A DNA stretch of 64,000 nt from a virus: IMG/VR virus record IMGVR_UViG_3300035169_000077, positions 1 through 64,000 of that record; one strand, 5' to 3'. The notes beneath the pieces are model-generated. The model was given only the letters and a program-made list of their open reading frames with translations, had not been told where the DNA came from and did no database searches. Of this stretch, positions 45,997 to 54,316 are shown one piece after another. Every line of letters starts with the position of its first letter. The first letter of the stretch is position 1. The position numbers and the translations under genes are program-made.

Positions 45997-47364
45997 TTAT
46001 CCTCGCTCGGCCAGCCAGCGGAGCGCCCCGGCCTCATCCCCGAACTCCCCGGCATCCTGTGCCTCCAGGGCCTCGGCGAGGATGGGCTTGAACGACGGCC
46101 CCGGCTTCATCCCCGCCGCGATCAGGTGGTCCCCGGTCAGCAGTCCCTTCGCGGGGCGTTCCTCAACCTTCAGGTCCCGGCCCAGGTCGAACCACGCGCC
46201 TGCCGTGCTCCACGCGTCCGGGTCGCCGCGCCCCTTCGCGTCGGCCGCGCACACAAGCGCGAGTTCGGTCAGGGTCGCGGGCTCCAGCCTGCGCACCAGC
46301 CGCCGCACCGCCGGCTTCGTCGGCCGCCCGAAGCAGTTCATGTGCTCCCGGATCAGCGGGACGATGCGGGCGATGATGCCCTCAGGGCAGCCGATCGACC
46401 GGAGGAACGCCGTCGCAGGCTCTACGCCGGCCTCCGCGTGGCCATGGGAGGTGATCCGGCCCTCGGTGAGCTGGCTGTGAGTGACCTTGCCGACGTCGTG
46501 CAAGAGCGCGGCGAAGACGATGACCAGCCGGTCTGTTCCGGTCAGGCCCGCCTCATCGGCAAGCCGGGCAGCCTGGTCAGCGGCTAGCCCGGCGTGGGTC
46601 CACACGTCGCCCTCCGGGTGCCATTCGGGGTCCTGCTCGACGCCGTGCATGTACGCGAGTTCGGGGTAGCGCGCGTCCCACCAGGTGTCATGCAGGACCG
46701 CCAGCGCCCGGCTGACGTGCGTGCCGCGCGTGCCGATCTTCTCCCACTCGCCCCAGATGCGCTCGGCCGGCAGTTCCCGGTACGAGCCCAGGAGATCCCG
46801 GCACAAGATGGCCGTCTCGGGGACCATGGTGAAGCCGAACCGGGCCGCGAACTGGACGCCGCGCAGGACGCGCAGCGGGTCCTCGCTGAACGCGTCCGAC
46901 GTGTGGCGCAGGATCCCGGCCCGGATGTCGGCCAGGCCCCCGTGAGGGTCGATCAGCCCCCCCGTTGCCGGGTCGAGCATGATCGCGTTCATCGTGAAGT
47001 CCCGCCGGGCGCTTGCCTGGGCGAAGCTGATGTCCATGTCCGGCGAGACCTCGAAGCCCCGGTGGCCCGCGCTGACCTTCCGCTCGCGGCGGGGGACGTT
47101 GATGTCCAGGTCGGTGTCCCCGGCGCGGACCTTCAGCACGCCGTAGCTCTTGCCGACCTCATCCACGCGGCCTGCGCGGCTGAGGGCTTCCGTCAGCGCG
47201 GCGAACGTCAGGCCGTAGACCTCAACGTCAACGTCCTTGCTCTCGGCCCCGCCCATGAGGGCATCACGCACGAAGCCGCCTACGAGCAGCGGGTGGCCGC
47301 CAGCTTGGCGGATCGCGGCCAGCACTCGCTCAACGTCCGGCGACAGGCGGGGCAGCGTGATCAC
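45997..47364 (-). CDS. cca: CCA-adding enzyme (class II tRNA nucleotidyltransferase) with HD domain
   Basis: VGGFVRD, DVD, RRDFTMNAI, DP.GG..D, EDPLRVLR..QFAARFGF, ERIW.E..K, HPEGDVWTH, LLHDVGK, GHAE.G. Confidence 0.92.
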   Translation of the reverse strand: MITLPRLSPDVERVLAAIRQAGGHPLLVGGFVRDALMGGAESKDVDVEVYGLTFAALTEALSRAGRVDEVGKSYGVLKVRAGDTDLDINVPRRERKVSAGHRGFEVSPDMDISFAQASARRDFTMNAIMLDPATGGLIDPHGGLADIRAGILRHTSDAFSEDPLRVLRGVQFAARFGFTMVPETAILCRDLLGSYRELPAERIWGEWEKIGTRGTHVSRALAVLHDTWWDARYPELAYMHGVEQDPEWHPEGDVWTHAGLAADQAARLADEAGLTGTDRLVIVFAALLHDVGKVTHSQLTEGRITSHGHAEAGVEPATAFLRSIGCPEGIIARIVPLIREHMNCFGRPTKPAVRRLVRRLEPATLTELALVCAADAKGRGDPDAWSTAGAWFDLGRDLKVEERPAKGLLTGDHLIAAGMKPGPSFKPILAEALEAQDAGEFGDEAGALRWLAERG

Positions 47365-48074
47365 GGGCGGTCCCAGTAGGCGCGGCGGACTTCTTGCAGC
47401 CACGCCTCGGCGGCAGCCTCGTCCGGGCGATCCGGGAGCACGCCGGGCTTGTCGAATGCCTCCTCGGCGCGGGCGAGCACGTCCCTCGCCACCTCTACGC
47501 CCCGCGTGGCGACGTCCTCGCCGAACTCACGGCACGCCGCAGCCTGCGCAAGGCTCAGGCGCACGCTCAGCCGGCCGCTGACGTGCAGTGCCGTCCCCTG
47601 GTGGATCAGCCTCCACAGATGGCGGGCGTGCTTCTCGGTACGCTTCCTGGTGTCGGCCGAGAACGACCCGTCACCCCGGTTCTCCAGCCGGCGGAACTGC
47701 TGGGTGGCATACCCGAGGTAGGCGTTCCGGACCGCCGGCCGCGACAGGAGCGACTTGCGGATATCTACCAGCAGGTAACCCTCGCGCGTCGCCGTCTCGT
47801 ACCTGTCAAGCCACAGCAGCTCCGCGACGGTCGGATTGCACTTCAGGAGGAGCGCGGCCAGCTTTCCCGCCTCGTGGTACGTCGCGTCCGGCTTGGTGCT
47901 GACCCGGCTCGCGGCCTTCCCGAGCGGCGGGTGCAGCCCGTGGAACGCCACGGTGGGCGCGGCGTAGCAGCCGATCCGGTCCACGTCGGAGTCCTCGGTC
48001 GCCAGCCCGTATGCCGTTGAGCCGTTGATGCCCGCGAGGAGCACGTTCGGCGGCGGCTTCATCTCAGCGTCCAC
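47361..48074 (-). CDS. RlaP/YcgL-like Pol-beta nucleotidyltransferase
   Basis: GSTAYGLATEDSDVD, E..K...LLLKCNP.V.ELL, Y.GYA..Q, K.ARH..RL. Confidence 0.85.
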   Translation of the reverse strand: MDAEMKPPPNVLLAGINGSTAYGLATEDSDVDRIGCYAAPTVAFHGLHPPLGKAASRVSTKPDATYHEAGKLAALLLKCNPTVAELLWLDRYETATREGYLLVDIRKSLLSRPAVRNAYLGYATQQFRRLENRGDGSFSADTRKRTEKHARHLWRLIHQGTALHVSGRLSVRLSLAQAAACREFGEDVATRGVEVARDVLARAEEAFDKPGVLPDRPDEAAAEAWLQEVRRAYWDRP

Positions 48075-48256
48075 GCTTTCCCCTCTTCCGTCGCGCCCCG
48101 TCCCGCTTCCTGGCATGGTGCCCGGGTCGCGGGGCGGGGCGCACCTCGTTTTAGCCAGGGGCCTAACAGCGGCACTCCCGGTCGGCTAGTCTCCTCCTGC
48201 GTGAGTTGAATGCTCCCGGCCGCGTCCCACGCCACGGCCGGGCGCCTACCAGGCTT

Positions 48257-49099
48257 TTAGCCGGCGTTGACCTGGACGGCGGTTACCGTCAGGTCATCAA
48301 GGACGTAGGTGCCGGCACCCTGGTCGCTGTCGTAGCCGAACGCGTAAACGTGGAGCGTCGTGTCCTGCGCCAGCGTGACCACGGTCGACCCGCTGAAGTA
48401 GGAGTCGATCGTCGTGTGCCCTCCGGACTCCAGCGCCCCGCTTCCCACGTTGAGCAGGTCCCCGGTGAAGGACGAGTTCTTGGCCTCGTCGTAGGCGAAG
48501 AACTGGGGGAACACCTGCACGTCGCTGGTCATCAGCGGCGTCGCCTTGGCGGTCATGGACAGCAGGTAGGTGCCCGCCTTCAGGCTGACCGTCCCGACTT
48601 CCGTGGAGTTCGCGACGAACCCGCCGCCCGTGGCCACGCTCGCCACGCTGCCCAGGTCATGAGCGCCCGCGCTGACGACCCCGGACGGCCCTTGCGGTCC
48701 CGCCGCGCCGTCCGCCCCGTCCGCGCCAGCCGGGCCAGCCTGCCCCTGGCTGCCGGTTGCGCCAGCCGGTCCCTGCGCTCCTGCCGCCCCGGTCGCTCCC
48801 TTCGCCCCCGCGGGCCCTGCCGGCCCGGCCGAGTCCCACGCCAGCGCCGTCGTCCCCGCCGGGCACCCGCCCGACGCCTGGTAGTCCGCAGCGTGCCAGT
48901 ACACCCGGGTCAGCACCCGGGCGGACGGGGTACGCGAGTTCGCCACGCACCCGTACAACGTCGCCGACGTCGCCTTCGGCGGGGTGACCGCGCTCGTGCT
49001 CGCAGACGCCGCGGTCATCAGCCCGAACGCCGCAGCGCTCACCGCCACGCCCGTCACGACCGCTACGGCCCACGGCCGCCTGATCCATCCGACCCTCAT
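48257..49099 (-). CDS. secreted collagen-like protein
   Basis: Signal peptide ending ASA; about 16 G-X-Y triplets; beta-rich C-terminal domain. Confidence 0.8.
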   Translation of the reverse strand: MRVGWIRRPWAVAVVTGVAVSAAAFGLMTAASASTSAVTPPKATSATLYGCVANSRTPSARVLTRVYWHAADYQASGGCPAGTTALAWDSAGPAGPAGAKGATGAAGAQGPAGATGSQGQAGPAGADGADGAAGPQGPSGVVSAGAHDLGSVASVATGGGFVANSTEVGTVSLKAGTYLLSMTAKATPLMTSDVQVFPQFFAYDEAKNSSFTGDLLNVGSGALESGGHTTIDSYFSGSTVVTLAQDTTLHVYAFGYDSDQGAGTYVLDDLTVTAVQVNAG

Positions 49100-49124
49100 T
49101 GACTGCCCTTTCGTAGCCCCCGCC

Positions 49125-50060
49125 CTAGCGGCGGGGGAGGTTCACGCGGGCCGGGCTCTCGCGGTCGAAGATGCCGCCCTCAACCGCGTCAAGGCAGCGA
49201 CGGCACTTCTCCGCCCCCATCCCGATGACCGGCAGGACCGCCCCGTTGCCCGTCCGGTAGAACTGGTGCGAGATCCCGTTGCGGTGGTACGCCCCAGGCC
49301 CCGGGCACTCCGGCTCCGCCTGGCATTCGGTGCCGTCCACGTGCCGGACAACGTGACCGGGGCACGACAGCCGCCACCTGCGGCCCTCCGCAGCGGGAAC
49401 CCAGCGCTCCTCGTACGCCATCGCGGCAGACGGGCATGACCGGCCGCCCTTTGACCGCCGGCGAAGGTGGAACGCGGGAGGCGGGGCACCGGGAAGCAGC
49501 AGGTTCTCGCCCCCGAAGCTGACGGACTTGTGCCGGGAGGTGACCGGCTCCCCGCACGCCCAGCAGCACCCCGGCATGATCCCCTCAAGGCGGGCCATCT
49601 CCGCCGCGCCCTTGTCCAGCTCCCGCTTGATGTCAAGCTCCGGGCACGGCCACGGCTCCCCGCACTCACGGCACACCGGGTAGTGGGGGTGGAGGACGAA
49701 CACCCTCCGCCCCGCGTACGGGCGGACCTTCACGTGCCTGCGCTTCCCGCCGCTGGCCGGCACCACGATCAGGTACAGCGGGCGGCCGTCCCATTCCTCC
49801 TCGCTGCCGGGGTTCAGCCGGCCATCCGGGGGGAACGGCCTGCCTGCCCGCGCGGCCCTCGCCGCCCGGTCCCGCTCGGCCTCGTACCGCCCCCGGTCCG
49901 CCTCGTCCCAGTCGATGACCCGGACAAGCCGTGCCTCACGGACCACCCAGACCTTCCGGCCGTTGGCGACCAGGTCCCCGGGCTTCAGGTCGCGCCACTG
50001 ACGGTGCTCACCGCCCTGCGGCTCCCACATGTCACCGCGAGGTCCCCAGAAGACGCTCAC
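49125..50060 (-). CDS. Cys-rich hypothetical protein
   Basis: CRECGEPWPC, CWAC, further C/H pairs. Confidence 0.65.
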   Translation of the reverse strand: MSVFWGPRGDMWEPQGGEHRQWRDLKPGDLVANGRKVWVVREARLVRVIDWDEADRGRYEAERDRAARAARAGRPFPPDGRLNPGSEEEWDGRPLYLIVVPASGGKRRHVKVRPYAGRRVFVLHPHYPVCRECGEPWPCPELDIKRELDKGAAEMARLEGIMPGCCWACGEPVTSRHKSVSFGGENLLLPGAPPPAFHLRRRSKGGRSCPSAAMAYEERWVPAAEGRRWRLSCPGHVVRHVDGTECQAEPECPGPGAYHRNGISHQFYRTGNGAVLPVIGMGAEKCRRCLDAVEGGIFDRESPARVNLPRR

Positions 50061-50109
50061 CGCGAACGTCCCGTGAGCTGGGCGGCCAGCGCGGCCCAGG
50101 TGAGCGGGG

Positions 50110-50406
50110 TCACGCGGCGTCCTTGCGACGCCTCGGAGGCCGGGACTCCAGGACGGGAACGCTCTCGGCAGCCTGCGCCCTCCGTCGCGACGGAGGGCGG
50201 GACGAGAGCTGGCTTGACGGCTTGACCTCGTTCGCCCGCAGGTAGGCGAGCAGGTGCTCTGGCAGGAACACGGTGTCCCGCCCCACCTTGGAATGGCCGA
50301 TCCGGCCGGCGCGGGCCTCTTCCATCATCCACTCGCCGGACTTCCCGCCGAGGGCCTCCCCGGCGTCCTCCGGTGTGTAGATGATCGGGGGGCGCGTCTC
50401 GGTCAT
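50110..50406 (-). CDS. xis: excisionase-like HTH protein
   Basis: YTPEDAGEALG...ARAGRIGHSKVGR...F..EHL..YL; coupled to the cro-like gene. Confidence 0.75.
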   Translation of the reverse strand: MTETRPPIIYTPEDAGEALGGKSGEWMMEEARAGRIGHSKVGRDTVFLPEHLLAYLRANEVKPSSQLSSRPPSRRRAQAAESVPVLESRPPRRRKDAA

Positions 50407-50624
50407 GCCGCCACCGCCCAGTCCAGGGGAGCGGCGAGTATCCCGGCGAGGACGGCCATCTCGTCGCTCGGCACGGCGCGGCGGCCGGCCTCGACCTTCG
50501 ACACGGTGGGCTGCCACCACGGGTGCCCGGCACCGCGCATCTTGTCGGCTAGCTGCTCCTGCGTCAGCCCGGCTGCCTTCCGCAGCGCGGAGAGCCTGTC
50601 CCCGACGCGCTGTTCCTCGGTCAT
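50403..50624 (-). CDS. Cro-like XRE HTH regulator
   Basis: RLSALRKAAGLTQEQLA....W.QPTVSKVEAGRR. Confidence 0.85.
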   Translation of the reverse strand: MTEEQRVGDRLSALRKAAGLTQEQLADKMRGAGHPWWQPTVSKVEAGRRAVPSDEMAVLAGILAAPLDWAVAA

Positions 50625-50638
50625 GCCAGACATGATGC

Positions 50639-50715
50639 CATACCAATCCGGTATGCGATGCAAGACTCTTGGAGTCGCGACTGAAATGGTCGCGCGAGCA
50701 TACCGACTTGGTATA
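50639..50715. promoter_or_regulatory. immunity switch: two 17-bp operators and divergent leaderless promoters
   Basis: CATACC-aatcc-GGTATG (50639-50655) and CATACC-gactt-GGTATA (50699-50715); TATCGT+6 nt to GTG 50726. Confidence 0.75.
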
Positions 50716-50725
50716 TCGTCCGGGG

Positions 50726-51217
50726 GTGACCCCACCGCACCCCGACGTGCTCCGCATAGGCGAGAACGTCCGCATAGCCCGGGAGCGCAAGGGCCTGTCC
50801 CAGGCCGCGCTCGCCGAGGAGATGCGCGCCCGCGGCTTCACCGCATGGCAGCAGCCCGCCGTGTATAAGACCGAGAAGGGCGTCCGCGAGCCCAGCGGCC
50901 GGGAGATGGCAGCCCTCGCCGCGATCCTCGGCACCACGATTGAGCGGTTCTTCTGGCTCCAGGGGGAGGCCGCCGAGTCCGACGCCGCAGACGCCGCCAT
51001 CGTCGCCGTCCGCCAGTCATGGCAGGGCGCCTCCGACGCTGTCCTGCGCCTGGAGGCCGCGCTAGCCTCGGGTCGGCACCGGCTCGCGCAGGCGAAGGCC
51101 AGCAAGTACAAGCGGGTACGCGAGGTCGCCGGGGAGCTTGAGGCGGAACTCGGCGAGTCCACCCTGGAGGCCGCCGTAGGCGACGGCCTCGCCCGGCTCG
51201 AGGACGGGGACACCTGA
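50726..51217 (+). CDS. immunity repressor (XRE HTH)
   Basis: IGENVRIARERKGLSQAALA...W.QPAVYKTEKG.REP; divergent from cro and coupled to int. Confidence 0.85.
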   Translation: MTPPHPDVLRIGENVRIARERKGLSQAALAEEMRARGFTAWQQPAVYKTEKGVREPSGREMAALAAILGTTIERFFWLQGEAAESDAADAAIVAVRQSWQGASDAVLRLEAALASGRHRLAQAKASKYKRVREVAGELEAELGESTLEAAVGDGLARLEDGDT

Positions 51218-52890
51218 TGGGGTACGCGGAGCTCGTCCGGTCGCCGAGGGGGAACTACTGGCGCGCCCGGTTCAAGGGAGCGGACGGCAAGCTCGTGACC
51301 GTCGTTGACGAGGCCGGCGCCGTCCTCCGGTACGACGGGAAGCGCAAGGCCAAGAAGGCGGCAGACGACCGGGAGAAGGACGCCCGCCAGGGCCGGTGGC
51401 ATGACCCGGCAGCGGGGATGATGCTCGTCAAGCCGTGGGCGCAGGAATGGTACGCGGGCCTGAGCCTCGCGCCGAAGACCATGGCCAACATCAAGAGGCA
51501 CCTGGAGCATCACATCATCCCGTTCTTCGGCGAGGACGAGCTGAGAGCGGTCGACGCCGCGCGGATCGCCGAGTGGAAGGCGGAGGAGAAGGCCGCGGGG
51601 ATGTCGCCGAACAGCATCAGGACGTGGCACGGCACCCTGCACACGCTGCTAGAGGACGCCAGGCTGACCGGGAGGATCAGCGTCAACCCGGCGACGGCCA
51701 GGCGCGGCCGGGGACGGCGGGACGGCGGGGCGCGAAGGTCGCAGGTACAGCAGGAGCGCGTCATCACGTCACCCCTCGGCATCCTGCTGATCGCCGAGCG
51801 GATGTCGGTCCTGTCCGGCCGCGATGACGAGTTCGCCATGGTGGAGGCGGCCTACGGCTGCGCCCTGCGCCTCGGCGAGCTGACCGGCCTCGAGGTGCCG
51901 TCCGTCCGGGCGGGCGGCCTCAACCCCCGTAACCCGCTCCGCAAGGTCGCCGGCGAGCTGCGGGACGAGGCCATGCGAGTGGAATGGCAGCTTACCGAGG
52001 TTGAGGGGGAGCTGCTGCGGGAGCGGCCGAAGAACGGCTCCACCGGCGACCTTGACCTGCCCCCGTACCTGTCCCGGCTGATCGGGGAGCATGTTGCCGC
52101 GGCCGGCCCGCGGGAGTGCCCGTGCCACGGGACCGTCCACGCGTTCCGGGGGATGGGCGCGGCGAGCGCGAGGCCCGTGGTGCCCTTGCGGGTCGTCGCG
52201 GGGTACGCGGGCGTCTCGGAGGCCGCGGCGTACGTGGCGCTCGGCGGCAAGGGGCGGGTGTCGGACGCGACCCGCGAGAAGGTGGCGGCGGCGGCCCGGG
52301 AGGTCGGGTGGGTGCGGCCGGCGCGCCTGGACGGCCCGGCATGGCACTGGCGGCAGTCGGCGTTCGAGGCGATGTTCACCGCCGCGGTGTCGGGCTGGCT
52401 TCCGCCGGACGCGCCGCGCCCGCGCCGGCCGGTGCCGCTGGCGGGGGAGTGGCCCGGGACGCGGCTGCGCGGGCGCAACGCCCAGGGGCGGGCGTCGCTG
52501 CGGTGGGAGCCGGTCGCGGAGGGGATGACCCCGCACGGGCTGCGCCACTCGCTGAAGACCAGGATGGAGGAGGCCGGGATACCGGAGGTCGCCTCCGAGG
52601 CCCGGCTGCGGCACGAGATCCCCGGGGTGTCCGGCGCCTACCGGCACGTGACCCCCGAGATGCGCGCCCAGGTGACCCGGCTGCTACAACAGGACTGGGA
52701 GGCGGCGCTGGACGAGCGGCTCGCGATGTCGCCCCGGTCGCCCGTCGCGGTGCTCGGCCGGCTGCTCCAGGAGCGGGCTGAGGCCCGCAAGCCCCGCCTT
52801 GTCTCCAGTGCGTCTCCAGAAGCAGCAGGGCCGGCTTCCCTCCCGAGGGTGGAAACCGGCCCTGACCTGCGTCGGGGTGACTGGATTTGA
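51217..52890 (+). CDS. int: tyrosine integrase with an internal LacI-type HTH
   Basis: Catalytic residues R (ALRLGEL), K (PKNGS), HGLRH, RLRH, Y (AYRHV). Confidence 0.92.
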   Translation: MGYAELVRSPRGNYWRARFKGADGKLVTVVDEAGAVLRYDGKRKAKKAADDREKDARQGRWHDPAAGMMLVKPWAQEWYAGLSLAPKTMANIKRHLEHHIIPFFGEDELRAVDAARIAEWKAEEKAAGMSPNSIRTWHGTLHTLLEDARLTGRISVNPATARRGRGRRDGGARRSQVQQERVITSPLGILLIAERMSVLSGRDDEFAMVEAAYGCALRLGELTGLEVPSVRAGGLNPRNPLRKVAGELRDEAMRVEWQLTEVEGELLRERPKNGSTGDLDLPPYLSRLIGEHVAAAGPRECPCHGTVHAFRGMGAASARPVVPLRVVAGYAGVSEAAAYVALGGKGRVSDATREKVAAAAREVGWVRPARLDGPAWHWRQSAFEAMFTAAVSGWLPPDAPRPRRPVPLAGEWPGTRLRGRNAQGRASLRWEPVAEGMTPHGLRHSLKTRMEEAGIPEVASEARLRHEIPGVSGAYRHVTPEMRAQVTRLLQQDWEAALDERLAMSPRSPVAVLGRLLQERAEARKPRLVSSASPEAAGPASLPRVETGPDLRRGDWI

Positions 52891-52914
52891 ACCAGCGGCC
52901 TCTTCGTCCCGAAC
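52871..52914 (-). other. attP: attP core: 3' half of tRNA-Pro(CGG)
   Basis: Minus strand reads GTTCGGGACGAAGAGGCCGCTGGTTCAAATCCAGTCACCCCGAC; 5' half absent; overlaps the int stop. Confidence 0.85.
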
Positions 52915-53089
52915 AAGCCAGCCCGCCAATTTATGCTCCAGTGGTCGCGCAGGTCAAACCGTTGCGGTCTCGGATTCCAAGGTCGGGCAATAGGTGCCCG
53001 GCCCGTTTCAGCCTTCCCCGGCAGGCGTCGGCGGGGTAGCTGTCTCCAGGAATTCTCCAGAAAGGATGAGGCGAGAGTGGCGCGGGGGA

Positions 53090-53389
53090 TCACGCCTCCC
53101 GGATGCGCTCCGGCACCACGACGTACGCCCCGGACCACATCGTCAGGGCGGCGCTCCACTCAAGCTGCACGACGGGACGGCCGCGGCGGTCCTCCCACCG
53201 GGCGGCCACGGTAACCAGCCTCCAGGACCCGCCACCGAACAGCACCTCGCACGGGGAGCCGTCAGCGCGCCACGTCCCGTCAGGGATGTCATCGACGGGA
53301 AGGGCTTCCTCGAGCGCGGGGCACTCGCGGGGGTCACGGGGAGGCACGAGGGCAGGAGTACCCGCAGGGGCCGGCATAAAATCCGGCAT
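53090..53389 (-). CDS. hypothetical protein
   Basis: W....V.ARW.DR.GR..VQLEW pattern. Confidence 0.55.
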   Translation of the reverse strand: MPDFMPAPAGTPALVPPRDPRECPALEEALPVDDIPDGTWRADGSPCEVLFGGGSWRLVTVAARWEDRRGRPVVQLEWSAALTMWSGAYVVVPERIREA

Positions 53390-53433
53390 GAAATCGCGCC
53401 CCTCGTCGGAAGCCCCCCGGCTAGGCTTGCGGC

Positions 53434-53610
53434 ATGCGGATGCCCTTCGAGAGGCTCATGGAACTGGTCGCCGCTGTCGGCCCGGACGAGGCGCGGCTTC
53501 CGCTCGGGGCTTTCGCGGAGCGATGGGGCGAGCCTTCGGAGCGGATCGCCGACGCGATCGACGCGGTGCGGGTGCTGAACGGGGAACGGACGTACATCAC
53601 GGTGACGTGA
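53434..53610 (+). CDS. 58-aa leaderless protein (not in the ORF track)
   Basis: TAGGCT+6 nt+ATG; MRMPFERLMELVAAVGPDEARLPLGAFAERWGEPSERIADAIDAVRVLNGERTYITVT. Confidence 0.6.
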   Translation: MRMPFERLMELVAAVGPDEARLPLGAFAERWGEPSERIADAIDAVRVLNGERTYITVT

Positions 53611-53611
53611 G

Positions 53612-53649
53612 CGCGAGGCCCGGCAAACCTTAGCCTGCCGGGCCTCGCG
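53612..53649. terminator. 14-bp hairpin between convergent units
   Basis: CGCGAGGCCCGGCA ... TGCCGGGCCTCGCG. Confidence 0.7.
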
Positions 53650-53870
53650 GTATCGCCGGCCCTTGCGTCCGGCAGTGCGGTTCGGGGGAGCTGGAAACCG
53701 CCTTCACAGCCTCGGCCGCTGGCCGGCAAAGCCCTCACGGGGTGCCGGGCATCCCTTTCCAGTGCGCTCCCCCTATACGGGAGTCCTGCGTAAGCCTGAT
53801 CCCGCGACGGTTCCAGCGCGGATACCCACTGCGGTCAGGCGGTGGTCAAGCCCTTGCCGTAGCCCGGCTG
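53650..53870 (-). ncRNA. candidate structured ncRNA
   Basis: No credible ORF; nested stems 53684-53697/53756-53773 and 53794-53799/53835-53840; a GNRA loop on the minus strand. Confidence 0.45.
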
Positions 53871-53897
53871 GCGTGAACCGTTAACTGGGCGAATCCG

Positions 53898-53971
53898 TGG
53901 CGCGAGCCGGATTTGAACCGGCGACCTACGGGTTATGAGCCCGCCGAGCTACCGAGCTGCTCCATCGCGCT
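53898..53971 (-). tRNA. initiator tRNA-fMet(CAT), CCA not encoded
   Basis: Full cloverleaf; CTCATAA loop; GGG/CCC anticodon stem; A1xC72 mismatch; A11:U24. Confidence 0.92.
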
Positions 53972-53986
53972 GGGTCAAGCTTAGCG

Positions 53987-54316
53987 TTACGACAGGATCT
54001 TTCGCGCGAGGCGCTTCCGCCAGTTCGGGACGGGTTCCCGCGCGTCGTGGACGGTGGCGGTGGTTCCGTTGCCGGTGATGGTGTTCGCCAACTCCCATTC
54101 CTCGTCCCACCGCCGGCCGCCCTGGTAGTGCTCCAGCCAGCGCTCGTACTGGTGGCCATAGCCGCTGGAGGACTCGTGCGCGAGCTTCTCGGCGATGCGC
54201 CGCAGCGCGACCCGGCGCTTCATCCGGGGCTGGAACCAGCCGAACCACTTCGTGCCGACCGCGCCGATGAGGAGCGCCAGGGTCGGCCCGAGCCACAGTC
54301 CAAGGGTGTCCCACAT
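53987..54316 (-). CDS. membrane-anchored hypothetical protein
   Basis: ATG lies 7 nt after TAAGGT; N-terminal TM. Confidence 0.6.
   Translation of the reverse strand: MWDTLGLWLGPTLALLIGAVGTKWFGWFQPRMKRRVALRRIAEKLAHESSSGYGHQYERWLEHYQGGRRWDEEWELANTITGNGTTATVHDAREPVPNWRKRLARKILS

Noticed and set aside
52871-52914. A functional tRNA-Pro gene or a prophage boundary (attL/attR)
   Set aside because: Only the 3' half is present and phage-type genes continue on both sides
50726-52914. Integration-dependent immunity (attP inside the repressor gene)
   Set aside because: attP overlaps the integrase end rather than the repressor, and exchange near the anticodon loop would leave the int stop intact
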